From contig DATGGI010000161.1 of assembly GCA_035308545.1 (NCBI GenBank), positions 482-64,481 on the forward strand: a stretch of DNA of 64,000 nt. Direction: 5' to 3'. This document shows positions 25,650 to 33,938 of this stretch, one piece after another. A model generated the notes under the pieces. The model made no database searches. It saw only the letters and a program-made list of their open reading frames with translations, and was not told the DNA's origin. The DNA comes from Usitatibacter sp. GTDB lineage: Bacteria > Pseudomonadota > Gammaproteobacteria > Burkholderiales > Usitatibacteraceae. Position 1 is the stretch's first letter. Every line of letters starts with the position of its first letter. Both the position numbers and the translations under genes were made by a program.

Positions 25650-26519
25650 TTGAACCGGAGCGCAGCGCAAGGGTGGTTACTGTTGCTGCCGGCGGCGGCG
25701 TTGCTCGCGCTGTTCACGCATTGGCCGGTCCTCGGGACGATCTGGGCGAGCTTCCACGCGACGCCGAAGGGATCGAGGCCGGCGCCGTGGGTGGGGCTCG
25801 AGAACTACCAGGTGATGTGGGGCGACGAGGTGTTCTGGCGCTCGCTCACGAACAACCTCTGGTACGCGCTCGCGACGATTCCCGTGTCAATCGCGCTCGC
25901 GATCCTGATGGCGCTTTGGGTCAACTCCGCCATGCGCGGGCGCACCTGGCTTCGCATGGCGTTCTTCACGCCGACCGTGCTGCCGATGATCGCGGTAGCG
26001 AACATCTGGCTCTTCTTCTACACGCCGCAGTACGGACTGCTCGAGCAGCTCACCACCTCGCTCGGCATCGCGAGCCACAACTGGCTGGGCGATCCGTCGA
26101 CCGCCCTCGCGTGCGTGTCGATCGTCGCGATCTGGAAGGAAGCCGGCTTCTTCATGATCTTCTACCTCGCGGCGCTCCAGTCGATCCCGCCGTCGCTCGC
26201 GGAAGCGGCCGCGCTCGAGGGCGCTTCGCGCGCGTACTACTTCCGGCGCGTGGTCTTCCCGCTGCTCATGCCCACGACGCTCTTCGTGCTCGTGAACGCG
26301 GTGATCAATTCCTTCCGCCTCGTCGACCACATCGTGGTGATGACCCGCGGCGGCCCCAACAACGCGACGTCGCTCCTGCTCTTCCACATCTACCAGGTGG
26401 GGTTCAGCTACTGGGACACGGGATATGCGGCCGCGCTCACTGTGGTATTGCTCGCGATCCTCGCCGCGATCGCGCTCGCGCAGTTCCATTTCCTCGAGCG
26501 CAGGGTGCACTACCAATGA
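25650..26519 (+). CDS. ABC transporter permease (UgpA/MalF-like)
   Basis: TTG start at 25650. 289 aa, 6 TM. EAA loop EAAALEGASRAYYFRRVVFPLL. Confidence 0.85.
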   Translation: MNRSAAQGWLLLLPAAALLALFTHWPVLGTIWASFHATPKGSRPAPWVGLENYQVMWGDEVFWRSLTNNLWYALATIPVSIALAILMALWVNSAMRGRTWLRMAFFTPTVLPMIAVANIWLFFYTPQYGLLEQLTTSLGIASHNWLGDPSTALACVSIVAIWKEAGFFMIFYLAALQSIPPSLAEAAALEGASRAYYFRRVVFPLLMPTTLFVLVNAVINSFRLVDHIVVMTRGGPNNATSLLLFHIYQVGFSYWDTGYAAALTVVLLAILAAIALAQFHFLERRVHYQ

Positions 26520-27313
26520 GAAGGCTCGAGACAGGCGCGGCGTGGCTTCTCGGTGCGCTGTGGATCCTGCCGCTCGTGTACGCATTCTGGACGGCATTCC
26601 ATCCGCCGGAGTTCTCGACCCGCTTCGCGCTCGCAGCGCCCCTCACGCTCGACAACTTCCACCGCGCGTGGGAGGCCGCGCCGTTCGCGCGCTACTTCCT
26701 CAACAGCTTCCTGCTCGTGACGATGGTGCTCGCGGCGCAGCTGGTCCTTTGCACGCTGGCGGCATACGCCTTCGCGCGATTCGAATTCCCCGGCAAGGAT
26801 GTCGCGTTCGCCCTGGTGCTCGTGCAGCTCATGATCATGCCGGACGTGCTCATCGTGGAGAACTACCGGACGCTCGGAAAGATCGGGCTCCTCGATTCGA
26901 TTCCCGCGATCGGATTGCCGTACATGGCGAGCGCGTTCGGGATCTTCCTCCTTCGCCAGGCGTTCAAGACGATCCCGCGCGAGCTGGATGAAGCCGCGCG
27001 AGTCGAGGGGGCGAGCGCGTTGCAGATCCTGTGGAAGGTGTACGTGCCGCTCGCGCGCCCGGTGTACCTCGCGTTCGGGCTGGTCTCCGTGAGCTTCCAC
27101 TGGAACAACTTCCTCTGGCCGCTGATCGTCACGAGCTCGGTCACGTCGCGCCCCGTCACCGTGGGACTCCAGGTGTTCTCCTCGGGCGACCAGGGCATCG
27201 ACTGGTCCATCATCACCGCGGCCACCGTGATGACCTCCGCGCCGCTGCTTGTCGCGTTCCTGCTCTTCCAGCGTCAGTTCGTGCAGTCGTTCATGAGGGC
27301 CGGAATCCGCTAG
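26516..27313 (+). CDS. ABC transporter permease (UgpE/MalG-like)
   Basis: ATG 26516 overlaps the upstream stop (ATGA). 265 aa. EAA loop EAARVEGASALQILWKVYVPLA. Confidence 0.85.
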   Translation: MRRLETGAAWLLGALWILPLVYAFWTAFHPPEFSTRFALAAPLTLDNFHRAWEAAPFARYFLNSFLLVTMVLAAQLVLCTLAAYAFARFEFPGKDVAFALVLVQLMIMPDVLIVENYRTLGKIGLLDSIPAIGLPYMASAFGIFLLRQAFKTIPRELDEAARVEGASALQILWKVYVPLARPVYLAFGLVSVSFHWNNFLWPLIVTSSVTSRPVTVGLQVFSSGDQGIDWSIITAATVMTSAPLLVAFLLFQRQFVQSFMRAGIR

Positions 27314-28109
27314 GCAGCACGCCCGCTTCATCCAGGATCGCGCGCGTGATCGCGATGCGATCCTCGTAGCGCGTCTTCGCGGTCGGCTGGAAGTTCATCG
27401 CGAAATAGGCGCGCGGCTTTCCCTTGCGCTCGACCCAGCCCACCCACCAGTCGACGGGATGCTTCGGCGTCATGCCGGTGGATCCGGATTTCGCGTAGAG
27501 CGTGTACACGGGCGTTTTCTCGAAGACGAGCGCCTCGCGCACCAGGCGTTGCGAACGCTGGGTCATCGGCAACTCGCCCTCGGAGAGCTTGCGAAGGAAA
27601 TCGACCTGCTGGAAGGCGGAGATGCGGATGGCGCCTTGCAGCCAGAACTGGTCGATCCCTCCGCGCATGTCCTTGTTGCCGTAGTCGAGGCGCGTGAGCC
27701 ACTCCTTCATGCGCTCCTTGCCCGTGCGGCGCGCGATCTCCTGGAACATCCACACGACGCTGTACTTCATGCCGGTGTCAAGCGTCTGGTCGCGTTCCCA
27801 TTCGCGGCGGATCTTGGGCTTGCCGTCCCAGCGGAAGACCTCGTTCTCGTCGGCGATTGAACCCACCTCGAGTCCGATCAGCGCGTTGGGGATCTTGAAC
27901 GTCGATGCGGGGATGAAACCCTGCTTGGCCCGCGTCTCGTTCAGGACGAGATAGCGGTCGTTGGCGGGCTCGAGCAGCACGAACGTGCCGCGCGCGCCGA
28001 GGGCATCGAAATGCTTCTGCCAATCGGGACGCTCGACGATGTCGGCGGCGGAAGCCGAGAAGGTCGCGAGCAGCGCCACCAGCGGGGAGACGAATCGATC
28101 CATGGGCAA
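27291..28109 (-). CDS. class D (OXA-type) beta-lactamase
   Basis: 272 aa with a signal peptide. All class D boxes are present in order: S-T-F-K (PASTFK), S-x-V (YSVVW), Y-G-N (LDYGNKD), W (QFWLQG), K-S-G (AKSGST). Confidence 0.85.
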   Translation of the reverse strand: MPMDRFVSPLVALLATFSASAADIVERPDWQKHFDALGARGTFVLLEPANDRYLVLNETRAKQGFIPASTFKIPNALIGLEVGSIADENEVFRWDGKPKIRREWERDQTLDTGMKYSVVWMFQEIARRTGKERMKEWLTRLDYGNKDMRGGIDQFWLQGAIRISAFQQVDFLRKLSEGELPMTQRSQRLVREALVFEKTPVYTLYAKSGSTGMTPKHPVDWWVGWVERKGKPRAYFAMNFQPTAKTRYEDRIAITRAILDEAGVLPSGFRPS

Positions 28110-28156
28110 CCTCGGGGTCTTTGTCGAGACTCCACGGTGCCCGCCGATTCTGGCGG

Positions 28157-28187
28157 AATTCGGGCGCTCGCCCGCTCAATTCGGGCG
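28157..28187. promoter_or_regulatory. perfect 10-bp direct repeat AATTCGGGCG x2 (21-nt phase) upstream of the class D beta-lactamase gene
   Basis: aattcgggcg at 28157-28166 and at 28178-28187, which is 48-78 nt upstream of the ATG at 28109 (minus strand gene). Confidence 0.4.
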
Positions 28188-28210
28188 ATCGGCCGTCCTC
28201 GCGCGCGGCC

Positions 28211-28492
28211 TCAGGAGGCCTTTTTCGCGTCCACGGCGTCGTTCGCGGCCCCCTGGGGCAGCGTGCCGATCAGCTCGTGGAAGATCTCCGTGTTGGGCGC
28301 GACCTGGGCGGTGTCCAGCAGCGGAACGCCGAGCCCCTTGATGATCGCGTCGAACGTCGCGTGCGTGTCGGAAATGCGCAGGGTGTTCGTCTTCTCGTCC
28401 CAGTATTCGTACTTGTAGACGAGCATGTGTTTCGTCTTTTGCATGTGCGAATTGTCACAGTGGATGCCGCCTTCCACTGTGATCTGCGTCAC
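28211..28492 (-). CDS. hypothetical protein (93 aa or shorter)
   Basis: ORF with GC-rich third codon positions and a non-repetitive composition (...MLVYKYEYWDEKTNTLRISDTHATFDAIIKGLG...). The start is uncertain (GTG 28492, ATG 28444 or ATG 28426) and no clear RBS is visible. Confidence 0.45.
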   Translation of the reverse strand: MTQITVEGGIHCDNSHMQKTKHMLVYKYEYWDEKTNTLRISDTHATFDAIIKGLGVPLLDTAQVAPNTEIFHELIGTLPQGAANDAVDAKKAS

Positions 28493-28524
28493 ATTCCGGT
28501 TTACGAACGTAACGTAGCGCCGCG

Positions 28525-29802
28525 ATGTCCTATCACTCTACGATTCACCTTATCCCCATGGCGATCCGGTCCCGTTTCGACGACTTCGCGCTTGTAGGAC
28601 TGGTGGCTTCCGCGACAGCGATCCTCGCGCTTGCGGCGGGGGACTATTGGGCTTCGGAACGCCAGGTCCGGGCGGCCGACTGGGTCGGCCACACGCACGA
28701 GGTTCGCGCCAGCATCGCCAACGCGCGCACGAACGTGCTCGAGGCCCAGGGCCTTCGCGACGATCCTTCCGCGCAACGTGTCGCCGTGATGGCGCTCGAA
28801 TCGGAGCTCGCGAAGCTTCGCCAGCTCGTGGGCGACAATCCGGAGCAGGCGCGCCGCGTGGACGAGATCGGCGACTCGCTCCGCGCGCGCCTTCCCGACC
28901 TTGGCAAGGAAGGCGTCGCGAGCGCGATCACCGCACTCTCGTCTCTGGACGGCGAAGAGCTGCGGCTCCTGAGCGAGCGCATGCGCGACGAGAGGCGCAC
29001 CCTCACCTGGTTCCACCTCACCAGCGCGATCGGGATCGTCGTGATGCTGCTCGCGCTCGCGGTGGTCTACTCGCTCGAACAGCGGCGCCGCACGCAACAG
29101 GACACGCTCCTCGCCGCGGAGCAGCGCTTCCACCTCGACGCGAAACAGGCCGAGACGCGGCTCCAGGCCGAGATCGAGGAGACGCGCGTCGCGGAAGAAG
29201 CGTTGCGCGAGATGATCCTCTCCCTGGAAACCGTGGTCGCGGAACGCACCGAGCTTCTCGAGGCGGCGGTCGCGGCACTTTCGGATGCGAAGCGCGATCT
29301 CGAAAGCCAGGCCCAGCACGATGCGCTCACGGGATTGCCCAACCGGCGGCTGCTGATCGACCGCCTGAACCAGGCGACGAGCGCGGCGCGCCGGCGGGGG
29401 CGCTGCGTGGGAGTGCTCTTCGTGGACCTCGACCGGTTCAAGGAAGTGAACGACACCCAGGGACACGATGCGGGCGACAGCGTGCTCAAGCAGGTCGCGC
29501 AGCGCCTCCAGGCCTGCGTCCGCGAGGCGGACACCGTGGCGCGCGAAGGCGGCGACGAGTTCGTGATCGTCCTTCCGGACCTCGAGGTGCCCGAGGACGC
29601 GATGCGCGTCGCCGACAAGGTCCTCGTCGAGCTCGCCAAGCCCATCGACTTCGGGACGGCCAAGACACGCGTCACGCCTTCGATCGGAATCAGCCTCTAC
29701 CCTCGCGACGGGAGCGACATCGAGCTGCTCATCCGGCACGCCGACGAGGCGATGTATTCGGCGAAGAACGCCGGACGCAATACGATCCGCACGTTCACCT
29801 GA
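28525..29802 (+). CDS. diguanylate cyclase with N-terminal CHASE3-like sensor domain
   Basis: 425 aa. TM, CHASE3-like region (WVGHTHEVRASIANARTNVLEAQ...), TM, coiled coil, then a GGDEF domain (LTGLPNRR, REGGDEFVIVL). Confidence 0.8.
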   Translation: MSYHSTIHLIPMAIRSRFDDFALVGLVASATAILALAAGDYWASERQVRAADWVGHTHEVRASIANARTNVLEAQGLRDDPSAQRVAVMALESELAKLRQLVGDNPEQARRVDEIGDSLRARLPDLGKEGVASAITALSSLDGEELRLLSERMRDERRTLTWFHLTSAIGIVVMLLALAVVYSLEQRRRTQQDTLLAAEQRFHLDAKQAETRLQAEIEETRVAEEALREMILSLETVVAERTELLEAAVAALSDAKRDLESQAQHDALTGLPNRRLLIDRLNQATSAARRRGRCVGVLFVDLDRFKEVNDTQGHDAGDSVLKQVAQRLQACVREADTVAREGGDEFVIVLPDLEVPEDAMRVADKVLVELAKPIDFGTAKTRVTPSIGISLYPRDGSDIELLIRHADEAMYSAKNAGRNTIRTFT

Positions 29803-29866
29803 CGTCGAAGCCTGGCTTGCTTCTTTGGTACACTCGCTGGCTCTTCCGCCTGGGGAGCGCAAGCGC

Positions 29867-30799
29867 GTGCGGATCATCGAGCTGGACGGCCTGCGCGGCA
29901 TCGCGATCCTCGGCGTGCTTGCCGTCCATAGCTACGTCGGCATCCCCGGTGGCTGGCTCGGGATCGATCTCTTCTTCGTCCTGTCGGGCTATGTGATCAC
30001 CTCGGCCCTGATGCGGGATGCATCCATTCCGCGGTTCTACCGGCGCCGGATCCTCAGGATCCTTCCACCACTTGCGGGGGCCATCGCCCTGGCCAGTGTC
30101 GTCGCGCCCGGCTTCCGGCTCGAGCCGCTCACCTACTTCTACGCGAACTTCGTCGCACCGGAGACCCTGGGCTCGCTTGGACATACCTGGTACCTGTCGA
30201 TCGAGGAGCAGTTCTACCTTCTCTGGCCCCTTGCGTTCCTCTTCCTGCGCAGGGGCTTCACACTGGCCATCGTGATCGGCGTCGCCTGGACGCTGCACGT
30301 GTGGATGGCGATGAACGTAAGCGACCTCGACACGATCCATCGATCGACGTTCTCGAGGATGGACGCGCTGGCTGTGGGATGCGCCGTCGCGTTGGCCCGG
30401 CCCCACGTGGGAAAGCGCGTGGGGCAGGCCGCGTGCGCGCTCATCGTCGTCTCATTCTTCTTCGCGAAGCCGGCGCCGCTCACGCTCGCCGTGGGGCTCA
30501 TCCTGTTTCCCCTCGTGTGCGCGGGAGTGATTGCCGCAAGCCAGCATGTCGCATTCCTGCGGGATCCGTTGCTCGTCTATTTCGGAACGCGGGCGTGGGG
30601 GATCTACCTCTACCACTACCCCCTGTTTCTCTGGCTCGATCCGCTGCTGGACCCGTCACGGCCGGTCCAGTGGCTCCTGGTCGCAATGCTCAAGGTGGCG
30701 TTGTCCGTCGCCGCGGCCGAATTGTCGTGGCGCACCCTGGAGCAGTGGACATGGCGCATCGAGGATCTCGTGCGCCGTCGACGCTCGCATCCGGCGTAG
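29867..30799 (+). CDS. acyltransferase family 3 (OafA-like) membrane protein
   Basis: GTG 29867 is preceded by GGGGAG. VRIIELDGLRGIAILGVLAVH is the canonical N-terminus of acyltransferase_3 proteins. Multi-TM. The track ORF begins at TTG 29825. Confidence 0.75.
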   Translation: MRIIELDGLRGIAILGVLAVHSYVGIPGGWLGIDLFFVLSGYVITSALMRDASIPRFYRRRILRILPPLAGAIALASVVAPGFRLEPLTYFYANFVAPETLGSLGHTWYLSIEEQFYLLWPLAFLFLRRGFTLAIVIGVAWTLHVWMAMNVSDLDTIHRSTFSRMDALAVGCAVALARPHVGKRVGQAACALIVVSFFFAKPAPLTLAVGLILFPLVCAGVIAASQHVAFLRDPLLVYFGTRAWGIYLYHYPLFLWLDPLLDPSRPVQWLLVAMLKVALSVAAAELSWRTLEQWTWRIEDLVRRRRSHPA

Positions 30800-30808
30800 C
30801 GGTCCCTG

Positions 30809-31069
30809 TCAGGAGCCCTTCGTCCAGCTCGCGATGTCTTCGACGCCCAGCTTGAACGTGGGATCCTTGGGCAGGTTCTCCGCATTGAGGTCGTCCTGCA
30901 CGCGCAGGAACGATTCGGCGAGCATGAACGCGAGCTTGGCGACGTTCTCGGCGCTCACTGTCACCTTCACCCCGCCTTCCGCGAGCACGACGTTGCGCCC
31001 CATGAGGTCCACATAGATCCGCTCGGCGAGCGCTTTCGTTTCCAGCCTGAAGGGCTTTTCCTTGGACAT
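30809..31069 (-). CDS. hypothetical small protein (86 aa)
   Basis: Start taken at ATG 31069 (MSKEKPFRLETKAL...). Soluble-looking and non-repetitive. I recognise no family. Confidence 0.45.
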   Translation of the reverse strand: MSKEKPFRLETKALAERIYVDLMGRNVVLAEGGVKVTVSAENVAKLAFMLAESFLRVQDDLNAENLPKDPTFKLGVEDIASWTKGS

Positions 31070-31104
31070 GGCGGACTCCTGGAGCGGGATTCCCATTGGA
31101 ACAC

Positions 31105-31989
31105 ATGGGCGCGCGCTCGGCGGCGATATGGCAAAGTGACATTCCGTTGAAGCTCATCACCTGGAACCTGCAATGGGGCCGCGGCATCGACGGCCGCGTC
31201 GATCCCGCCCGCATCGTGAAGACCGCGCGCACGATCGCGGACTTCGACGTGCTCTGCGTGCAGGAGGTCGCCGACAATTTTCCGGGGCTCGAAGGCAACG
31301 ACGATCGCGACCAGTTCGCCGAATACGCGCGCCTCCTGCCGGGATTCGATCTCGTCGCCGCGCCCGCGGTCGATGTCGCGAGCGATGATGCCCGCCGCCG
31401 GCGCTTCGGGGTCGCGATCTATTCGCGCTTGCCCGTGATCTCCTCGCGATCCCACGCGCTGCCCTGGCCCGGGGACCGCGGCAAGAAGTCGATGCCGCGC
31501 ACGGCGGCCGAGGCGACGCTGCAAACGCCGTCCGGACCCGTTCGCGTGACGACGACGCACCTCGAGTACTACTCGGAGATCCAGCGCAACGCCCAGGCCA
31601 TTCGCCTTCGCGAGCTGAACGACGAGGCGAGCGGGCGCGTCGCGCAGCGCGGCGCGCGAACCCATGAAGGCGGCCCTTTCGACATCACCGCGCAAACGGT
31701 GTCGGCGATCCTCACGGGCGACTTCAACTGCAGGACCGACAGCGTGGCCTACGCCGAGATCCAGCGCGGCGCCTCTCCCTATCGCGACGCGTGGACCCTC
31801 GCGAACCCGGGCGCGGCCCACGTGCCCACGTTCTGCGTGCACGACCACAACTACTCCAAGGATCCGTACTGCTGCGATTTCATCTTCGTCACGGACGACC
31901 TCGCGCCCCGCGTGCGAAAGGTGTCGGTCGATTCCGCGACGCAGGACTCGGATCACCAACCCGTCTTCATCGAGATCGAGGAATCCTGA
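31105..31989 (+). CDS. endonuclease/exonuclease/phosphatase (EEP) family protein
   Basis: LKLITWNLQWG, DVLCVQEV, and C-terminal SDHQPVFIEI are the EEP catalytic motifs. The start is uncertain (ATG 31105 or TTG 31147). Confidence 0.75.
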   Translation: MGARSAAIWQSDIPLKLITWNLQWGRGIDGRVDPARIVKTARTIADFDVLCVQEVADNFPGLEGNDDRDQFAEYARLLPGFDLVAAPAVDVASDDARRRRFGVAIYSRLPVISSRSHALPWPGDRGKKSMPRTAAEATLQTPSGPVRVTTTHLEYYSEIQRNAQAIRLRELNDEASGRVAQRGARTHEGGPFDITAQTVSAILTGDFNCRTDSVAYAEIQRGASPYRDAWTLANPGAAHVPTFCVHDHNYSKDPYCCDFIFVTDDLAPRVRKVSVDSATQDSDHQPVFIEIEES

Positions 31990-32648
31990 TGTCCCGCCAC
32001 CTGCAAGTCGACGAGCGCCTCTACGAGTACATCGTGGATCATTCGGTGCGCGACCATCCGGCGCTCGCGGCGCTGCGGGAGGTCACGAAGGACATGAAGT
32101 GGGGCGGCATGCAGATCGGCCCGGACCAGGGGCAGTTCATGCAGTTCCTCGTGAAGTTGATCGGCGCGCGCAACTGCATCGAGGTGGGAGTGTTCACCGG
32201 GTACAGCTCGCTTGCCGTGGCGCTCGCCCTCCCGCCCGATGGAAAGATCATCGCCTGCGACGTGAACGAGGAGTGGACCGCGATCGCGCACAAGCACTGG
32301 AAGATGGCGGGCGTGGAGGACAAGATCGACCTGCGCCTCGCAGCTGCAACCGAAACACTGGACAAGCTGCTTGCCGGCGGCGGCGCGGGCAAGTACGACT
32401 TCGTGTTCATCGACGCGGACAAGCCGAACTACCTCGCGTACTACGAGCGGTGCCTGAAGCTGCTGCGCGCCGGCGGCCTCATCGCCATCGACAACACGCT
32501 GTGGTCGGGCGACGTGGTGAAGCCCGGCAAGACCGACGAGAACACGGTCGCCATCCGCGCGGTGAACGATGCGCTGCGCGACGACGATCGCATCGATCTC
32601 GCGCTCCTCGCCATCGGCGACGGCGTGACACTCGCGCGCAAGCGCTAG
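31989..32648 (+). CDS. class I SAM-dependent O-methyltransferase (caffeoyl-CoA OMT-like)
   Basis: ATG 31989 shares one nt with the upstream stop (TGATG). EVGVFTGYSSLAVALAL and DFVFIDADKPNY motifs of cation-dependent OMTs. Confidence 0.85.
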   Translation: MSRHLQVDERLYEYIVDHSVRDHPALAALREVTKDMKWGGMQIGPDQGQFMQFLVKLIGARNCIEVGVFTGYSSLAVALALPPDGKIIACDVNEEWTAIAHKHWKMAGVEDKIDLRLAAATETLDKLLAGGGAGKYDFVFIDADKPNYLAYYERCLKLLRAGGLIAIDNTLWSGDVVKPGKTDENTVAIRAVNDALRDDDRIDLALLAIGDGVTLARKR

Positions 32649-32731
32649 CTCCGCTCCCTCCCGAAGAGGCCCTTGCCGGGATCCGTGCGGCGGGTTATCC
32701 TGAATGCTAATCGTTCTCATTTGGATTGCTA

Positions 32732-33928
32732 ATGCGATTCACGATGGCGCGCCTGGCGCCGGTCCTCGCGATTGCCGCGTCGTTGCTCGGCGCGTGCGGC
32801 GGCGGGGGCGGCGCGTCCGCGTCGAGCGGAGGAGCCGCTCCGAAGGCGCTTTCTCCGGCGGCCGATCTCGGCCGGCGGATCTTCATGGACGCGTCTCTCT
32901 CCGTCTCCGGCAAGCTCTCGTGCGCGGGCTGCCACGATCCATCGCGGGCCCACGCGGGCAGCGACGGACTCGCGGTGCCCTTGGGCGGCCCCACCGGAAC
33001 GACGCCGGGCTTCCGTAACGCGCCCTCGCTCAACTACCTCGAGCGCGACACCTCGTTCTTCTTCGCGAGCGACGCCACGCCCACCGGCGGATTCGATCGC
33101 GACGGGCGCGCCAACTCGCTCGCCGAGCAGGCGGAGCGTCCGCTCCTCGCGCCGCACGAGATGGCGAACGGCGACCACGCGACAGTCATCTCCAGGCTCT
33201 CGCGCGCGCCCTACGCCGCGCAGTTCCAGCAGGTCTTCGGCGCCAACATCTTCGGCGATCCGGATACCGCTTTCGCGCGGCTGCAATACGCCTTGCAGCA
33301 ATACCAGGACGAGGACGATGCCTTCCATCCGTACGACAGCAAGTACGACGCGTTCGTCGCCGGCAAGGCGCAGCTCACGGCCCAGGAGCTTCGCGGCCTC
33401 GCGCTCTTCAACGATCCGCAGAAGGGCAATTGCGCCGGCTGCCATCCGAGCTCGAAGGTGAATGGCCAGCCCGCGCTCTTCACCGATTTCACTTACGACA
33501 ACCTCGGCGTGCCGCGCAACGAGAAGATCCCGGCGAACGCCGATCCCACGTACTACGACCTCGGGCTCTGCGGCCCTTTCCGGACGGACCTCGCCAATCG
33601 CGGCGGCCTCTGCGGCGCGTTCAAGGTGCCGACGCTTCGCAACATCGCCGTCACGGCGCCGTACTTCCACAACGGGCGATTCGAGAATCTCAAGGACGCC
33701 GTGCGCTTCTACGTGCGCCGCGACACGAATCCCGAGGAGTGGTATCCGCTCGCGGCCGACGGATCCATCGACAAGTTCAACGACCTGCCGCCGCAGTACC
33801 GCAACAACGTGAACCAGACCGAAGTGCCATACAACCGCAAGCCCGGCGATGCGCCCGCGCTGGACGACGCGGAGATCGACGATCTCATCGCGTTCCTGCA
33901 GACGCTCACCGACGGATACACGCCCTAG
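32732..33928 (+). CDS. di-haem cytochrome c peroxidase (CCP/MauG family) lipoprotein
   Basis: Lipobox LLGAC. Two haem c sites (CAGCHDP and CAGCHPS) and PTLRNIAVTAPYFHNG. The start is ATG 32732 or ATG 32744; the track ORF begins at TTG 32726. Confidence 0.85.
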   Translation: MRFTMARLAPVLAIAASLLGACGGGGGASASSGGAAPKALSPAADLGRRIFMDASLSVSGKLSCAGCHDPSRAHAGSDGLAVPLGGPTGTTPGFRNAPSLNYLERDTSFFFASDATPTGGFDRDGRANSLAEQAERPLLAPHEMANGDHATVISRLSRAPYAAQFQQVFGANIFGDPDTAFARLQYALQQYQDEDDAFHPYDSKYDAFVAGKAQLTAQELRGLALFNDPQKGNCAGCHPSSKVNGQPALFTDFTYDNLGVPRNEKIPANADPTYYDLGLCGPFRTDLANRGGLCGAFKVPTLRNIAVTAPYFHNGRFENLKDAVRFYVRRDTNPEEWYPLAADGSIDKFNDLPPQYRNNVNQTEVPYNRKPGDAPALDDAEIDDLIAFLQTLTDGYTP

Positions 33929-33938
33929 GAGTCATCGC

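Noticed and set aside
27291-28210. Mobile-element context (IS, integron cassette, attC) around the OXA-like gene.
   Set aside because: No transposase or integrase ORF, no terminal inverted repeats and no attC-like structure is visible within several kb. The gene overlaps a housekeeping-type permease gene, which argues for a resident chromosomal gene.
32698-32740. An AT-rich stretch with two TGCTAAT copies in front of the peroxidase gene as a Fur or PerR box.
   Set aside because: The match to the GATAATGATAATCATTATC consensus is poor by eye, and part of the stretch overlaps the candidate start codons. It is probably just the promoter / translation-initiation region. A PWM scan would be needed to revive the idea.
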